From Guillardia theta CCMP2712 (Eukaryota; Protista; Cryptophyta), in assembly GCF_000315625.1 (NCBI RefSeq), contig NW_005434652.1, positions 1 through 41,714 on the forward strand: a DNA stretch of 41,714 nucleotides. The letters are read 5' to 3'. Shown one piece after another: positions 36,271-41,714 of the stretch. The stretch's first letter is position 1. Each line of letters starts with the position of its first letter. A model generated the notes under the pieces. It worked only from the letters and a program-made list of their open reading frames with translations, searched no databases and was not told where the DNA came from. The translations under genes were made by a program, and so were the position numbers.

Positions 36271-36621
36271 CTTCGCAATGCTCACTGCGTCTGTGTCGAA
36301 AGAAGGTGGCGAATAGCACGATAGCTGGCTAAGCAGCGATGAGAATGGCTCGTATTGAGAGGAAAGAAGTGGACCTTACGAGAGGCTAGTTGCTGTTTGT
36401 GCCAACATACGTGCAAGAGGCTTTACGTAGCATGCTTGTTTGGATCCGGGATTGCAACCTGCTACGATGTTGGCATGATGAGCAAGAACTCTTGAGACTG
36501 TGCATATCTACTCGAGCATTCCATCCTCACAGAAATGATATTATCCTTGTATCCTCTCCCACCAAAACTTGTTCCAAGTGCTCGCATCAACCATGGCTCT
36601 GGTCGTGACTCGCGCCCACAG

Positions 36622-37119
36622 ATGAGACCGTCGGTGGACACCAGGTCGCCCCTCCCAGAGCATTACAAGCTGAGGTATGTGATGACCGGATCAGGGATGA
36701 TGAGACTCTGATCCATTCAATGCAGACGAAAACTCATCGAGAAAGAGGAATATGATCGGATCATTGGAAGGAAGCCAGGCTTTCTGGATTGGTTGAGCGT
36801 GAAGCAGCAGCAGTACAACATAACGAGGTTCGCGGGCTTCTCGATTCTCTTGAGGATCTGATCATGACCTCAGCGTTCTTTATGTCTTAGACTGGTGGGA
36901 AAAGATTCTCTTCAACATCTTCATGTTTAGGTGCTTCATTGATGTCCTGGTGCTCTCTGACAGCACTTTTTCGTCAAGTGTCTTGTTCGGAACAGTCTTT
37001 GCCATGTCCCTTTACAGCCAGAGCTCAGGCTTGCTGTTAGCGCTCAGCATCTTTCTGATGGGTAAGGCAACAACCATTGTCTCTCCTTCCATACGTGTCG
37101 TCCTGTAGAAATCGTCTGA
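36622..37119 (+). CDS. Serine palmitoyltransferase small subunit (ssSPT/SPTssA-like)
   Basis: Spliced translation FLDWLSVKQQQYNITSVLYVLDWWEKILFNIFMFSVLFG resembles the plant ssSPT core (YNVTFGLYMLDWWERYLFN, from memory). Not recovered by the ORF track; upstream exons possible. Confidence 0.8.
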
Positions 37120-37304
37120 CATGAGGTGTTGTACAGGAGTTTTAATCTTGCTCCTCCTCTTGTGCCCTCTGCATCAATATTGAAGACACGTGAATGTTTC
37201 GAGCATGACTTGTGTGTACTGTAGTGTAGTGTTTTCATTTTCAAAACATTTCTCCTTGTTTCAGCTTTCTTCCAATGATGCCGTAAACCTGATGTTTGAA
37301 TCGC

Positions 37305-40089
37305 TCATCCCCATCGCATGACAGTCGCTCCCCAGCTGAGACCAGCCCCAAAACCTGACAGTGCACGAAAGACTGTGAGCAAGACGAAGACAACAACAAC
37401 ATCTTGACAACCAGCACAGGCGATGACGTCTCCTTTCTTGACCTGCCCAACGTCAGAGACAGATGGGAGGGGAGTCAGATTTCCAACCTTGCCCGATGCT
37501 ATGGCCTCCGCCAGAGCGAGGGGAATGGAGGCGGCGCTGGTGTTGCCGTACTCCTCCAAGTTATGCAAGACCTGCAAGCAGAGGTCTCAGAAGAGCAGCA
37601 ACTTAGAAGGAGGAGGAGGAGGAAGGAGAGAGGGAGGAGGAGAAAATCGAGGATGACGAGGACAAAGAGGGCCTGACGAGGAGGTGGGAGAGAACGACAG
37701 GCGTGTTAGACTCTCACCTTCTCCATCGGGATTCCGAGCCTTTGAGCAACAACCTCCATTATGCGGATGTTCGCCTGATGCAGCAGCAGCCAGTCTACGT
37801 CCTCCGTCTTCATCCCAGCGTTCTCGAGCGCCTCCTCCAAGACCTTGGGCACCTGAAGGGAAGCATCGTTAGGTAGTGGCTTTCATATACAAGGGAGGCG
37901 GTGAGACGAGAGCTCCAAGGGGAACAGGACGAAGAGCAGCGGTAGAGGCTGGGATGACGATGATGATGATGATGAGGAGGAGGAGGAGGAGGAGGAGGAG
38001 GAGGAGGTGGAGGAGGAGGAGGTACTCACCTCACGGGTAGCGAACTTGTAGATCTCCTTGCCCACCATGCCAATGGAGGTGTAGGACCCTTGAGTGATAG
38101 TATGCTCCGGTCCAACCTGCTTGTTCTCCCGGCATACTTCAAGTGAAGGTTGCAGTACCTGACCCCAATCATCATCTCGCTGCGTCTTCCCTTGTCCTCA
38201 TCTTCTGCTTCTCACTCCTCACTCTCTTCTCTCTTTCTCAAGACAAACCAAAGTCTCACGAGACCCTCCAATCTCTAGCCTCTACTTCAAAACACATCAA
38301 AACAGATTGTTCACGCTGCTTCTCTTGTTGCCCACATCCTTAAATAGCCTTCCTGTTTCCCTCCCCATCCCTCCCTTCCTGTTCCCCCTATTGCTCTCTT
38401 CTTACCCATTCCCATCGCTGTGCATCTCAAAGCCGAGGATTCCGCCCTCTTGCACTGACTCCGTCGCGGACAGCACCTGTTGGGGAGGGAGTTCAGCTCC
38501 TGCTGGGGACTGGGCCTGTGCAAGCTCACCATAGCTCCAGCTCCATCGCCGAAGAGGACGCACACGTTGCGATCCTCCCAGTCCACCCAACGCGAAAGAG
38601 CGTCGGCTCCGATCACCTGCCGCAAGCTCTCACGCGCCTCCTTCCTCCCGCGCTCCTCACCAGCGCCTTCTTGTGCCCTCCGTTGTTGAGGAACTGCGAG
38701 GCCGTGACCTGACAGCAGCTCAGCACAGCTGAGGGGAGGAGAGGAGGAGGCTGACAGTGGCAAAGAGGAAGCCGGAGCAGGCGGCGGTGAGGTCAAAGGC
38801 GAATGCGGAGGTGATGCCAATGGCTTGAGCGACAGCAGGGGCGTCCCCGAACATGTCGTCAGGCGAGCTTGTCGCCACGATCACCTGCTTCTTGTCAAAC
38901 TTGCCCGACGCCTCCAGCTTAACTCCACCAGGTCAATCTCCTCAGGTTTCACACCAGCGTTGGCAATGGCGGCCTTTCCAGCTCTGCACAAGCATCATCA
39001 CCAGTACCCGCCCAGAAGGCGCAAACTACCTGATCGCCAAGTCTCTGAGACCCTCGCCGCCCCCAAGCACGTGTCTCTTCTCAATACCGGTCCTAGTAGA
39101 AATCCACTCCTGCTCCCTCCGTTCAGCGACCCTCCAGAATTCTTCTGTCTCTCTTCCTCCCTCCCTCCCTCCCTCCTTCACTCCCCCGTCCAAGGCTGCT
39201 GCTCTCCTCCGCCTCCTCACATCAGTGGTCTCGACGATCTTCTCCATGTCCTTGTTGGTGATCACTGCTGCTGGTGCCGCGTGTCCGATACCAATGGGTC
39301 GAGCCTTGAGCTGTCCTCTTCCAACCTTACNNNNNNNNNNNNNNNNNNNNNNNNNNNNNNNNNNNNNNNNNNNNNNNNNNNNNNNNNNNNNNNNNNNNNN
39401 NNNNNNNNNNNNNNNNNNNNNNNNNNNNNNCCACCCACGTACTACCTGCGCCGGTTGAGCTTGCTGGGCATCAACAGCAGAAGCAGAAGTGCGGAGGACA
39501 AGACGGCTTGCTGTCTTCTTCACAGCGATAGGTGACGAATGAAACCGAGCAAGCGGCATTCGCATCCCGGTAAGCGCTGGGGATACCGGGCTCCAAGCAG
39601 AGCACATCTGTGGTGCGTCAGGGATAAGAAGCATCTTGAATGGACAATCTCTTTCTCTAGGCAACCATGAAACATGACAGGCATGTACGTTTAGCTTACA
39701 TCGACCAAGCATTCGTGACATACAAAACATTCGCATGCACACATGATTCCAGGCGATCTAGCTGTCCTGTCGTGCATGGTAGAAACATTTTGCTCGTGCA
39801 TCACAGAAAACAATTTCATCAACTGGTTTTGAATGATGTAAAAGATGTAAGATGATGTAAAGTACGCCCTGCATCACCCTAATTCATTCGTTCTCTCGCA
39901 CGCGACTAGCAAGTTTCTGATTTCATACAGGCAATCTTATCAACTCATTCACGCGCCATGCTTTGATTCTTCTCTCAACACCAACATCTCATCATTGACC
40001 TTCATCTTGCTTCTCTACACAACCATTCTCACCTCGAGTCCCGCCATCGCCATCGCCATCGCCATCGCCAAAACGAACGGCGCCGCCAT
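37305..40089 (-). CDS. fabH: 3-oxoacyl-ACP synthase III (KAS III) with bipartite plastid-targeting presequence
   Basis: [22 protein letters not shown] (Cys), [17 protein letters not shown] (His), [13 protein letters not shown] (Asn), GFGAGLSWG. Exon 1 (40089-40033) [19 protein letters not shown] is spliced in frame to [10 protein letters not shown]. Confidence 0.95.
39331..39430. other. Assembly gap inside fabH (probably intronic)
   Basis: 100 N. Confidence 1.
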
Positions 40090-40700
40090 GGCCGCCCCCT
40101 TCCTTTTAAGCGACCCGCTCGTCCCCGTTTACCCTGGCAAAATCCACCCCCACCCCTCATTGAAAAGCTCATTACACGGGGTCATTGAATGACACAAAGG
40201 AATTTAAGGACTTTTTAAGGGTAGGGGTACTGACTACCCCTACCTACCTTCTTTTACTCTGAACTCGCCTAGGTGATCGAGCTGATACGGGTAGGTGCAC
40301 CGGTTAAAAGGAGGGTAGTTCAAGGTCGAAAGGAGGGGTAAAAAATTGGATTCACTGATGAAGTGGGGTAGTAAAACTGTTGATGGGGTGATCTACCTAG
40401 ATTGGACGCAAATAAAGGGGGTGGTGGACTGAATGGTGGTTCCCCTGGAGGGGGTAGGGGTTATCCGATAAGGTACTGGTTGGGTAAACAGATTCCAGTG
40501 ACGCCAGGACAATAAGCTAATTACTCATTAAAATAGATGATATATCTACTAAATGATATGTAATACAACTAAAGTATGCTAATACCCAGCCAATGTGTTA
40601 TTTGTCCCTCATACCGCCCACATAAATCTCCGGCCCGACTCCGAGATGGGACCGAACCCCGGCCGAACGCCGAACCTGACTTGATGGGTTTAAGCGGGGA
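40090..40700. other. Non-coding tripartite island C (C/G-run block ~40090-40490, AT-rich ~40500-40610, short CpG/CCGG block ~40620-40700)
   Basis: Same order as island A; between divergent genes. Confidence 0.65.
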
Positions 40701-41099
40701 TGAGGGTGAAGTTTGACGCATAAGAGGGAACGAGGTATGAAGGGAGGAGGGAGGGAGTGAGGAGGAGGAGAGGAGGAGGAGGAGGAGGAGGAGGAGAAAA
40801 CAGCATCATGAAACAAGAAGGGACAGAAGATGCGACATTGAGATGAGGGGATAGAAGATCTTGTTCGAGAGGTTGAGATGAAAGGAATACTCGTAGAGCA
40901 GGAACATGCAACTATGTCCCAATACGATGGAGAGAAAATAAGAGGAATTTGAATACGAGTATCTTACAAAAGCAAAACTGGATGTGTAGAAAGTTTTCTT
41001 GAAACCTTGTAATCTGAAACCTCGCTGAATATGTCCTTCCGAAACAAGCGAATGTGAGATGTCACTGACATGTGTCGTGTCGTCCAGGAGCATGTTTTG

Positions 41100-41540
41100 A
41101 TGGCATCGCGACTCCTTGCCATCTGTCTGTTCACTTGTACCTTGGGATCCCTTCACACCAGCAGCGTCTGCATGTCAGGAGCGATGCAGGCAGCACGAGT
41201 TGTCATCCAGCAGTCGGGAGTTGCTGCAGTAAACGGAGTTTACCAGAGACGCCCAGTCGCCTCCATCCCCTCCGCCTTCAAGAAAGTTTGCGACGAGAAC
41301 AACTGGGACGTCTCAGCGACATGGCGACGGCTGGCAGATGAGAACAAGTCCTGGTTCGAGCATGACAACGGGAGCTACATCTACAGGAACAAGCAGGATG
41401 ATCAATGGTGGATTGATGGACCGGACGGCTATGGCGTTTTCGTAGCACGGGATGTGTCAGATCTGCCGCCTAAAGGAGGATGGAAGGCGCTGCAGAAGCA
41501 AGCGGCGAGTGCTTTACCTCTTATTGAGTACCAGGAATGA
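41100..41540 (+). CDS. Small intronless protein with predicted signal peptide, unknown function
   Basis: MASRLLAICLFTCTLG leader. Trp-rich domain SGVAAVNGVY...YIY...WWIDG...LPPKGGW; coding-like codon usage. Confidence 0.75.
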   Translation: MASRLLAICLFTCTLGSLHTSSVCMSGAMQAARVVIQQSGVAAVNGVYQRRPVASIPSAFKKVCDENNWDVSATWRRLADENKSWFEHDNGSYIYRNKQDDQWWIDGPDGYGVFVARDVSDLPPKGGWKALQKQAASALPLIEYQE

Positions 41541-41714
41541 ACGATAACGATGAGCCGGCTGTTTGTGTTTGCTGATCGTCGATGACCACATAGTGAGGAG
41601 GAGGAGAGGGGGAGGAGAGGGGAGAAAGGGATAGCGGGAAGGAAACAGCATGGCATGGCATGGCAGGGCAAGTGAGAAGGCTAGAGGGAGGAGGATGTGA
41701 GAAGGAAGCGAGAA

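Noticed and set aside
35701-36332. Pro/His/Thr-rich ORFs
   Set aside because: Consequence of C-run composition.
1-41714. CRISPR array, Fanzor/TnpB, reverse transcriptase, rRNA or tRNA genes
   Set aside because: No regularly spaced repeat-spacer array, RuvC or RT motifs, or recognisable structural RNA was seen by eye; a covariance or profile search was not possible.

Overview
Eukaryotic, gene-dense nuclear DNA with many short (~40-60 nt) GT-AG introns. The intron style, a bipartite plastid presequence and TTTAGGG repeats point to a secondary-plastid alga, most likely a cryptophyte such as Guillardia theta (inferred, not verified). About 17 genes are supported. They include a BSD-domain protein, DNA polymerase eta, an ARM protein, a WD40+ubiquitin-like protein, a cNMP-binding protein, an ankyrin-TKL kinase, an EEP hydrolase, Flower/TVP18, an OTU deubiquitinase, a small SPT subunit, plastid FabH and several hypotheticals. 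Most supplied ORFs are antisense or intron read-through artefacts, and the gene models were spliced by hand. The notable signals are non-coding. (1) Three polar 'islands' lie between divergent genes, each built of a G/C-run block, an AT-rich spacer and a CpG/CCGG-rich block; they share a GTAGGGGTAGTC motif, and two carry perfect 12-13 bp hairpins. (2) A 19-bp palindrome centred on the FabH start codon differs between arms only at the four CpGs, all CpG/CpC, hinting at a CpG-directed C>G mutational process that could also produce the G/C-run blocks. (3) Interstitial telomere repeats abut a long intronless ORF with a decayed 5' part.
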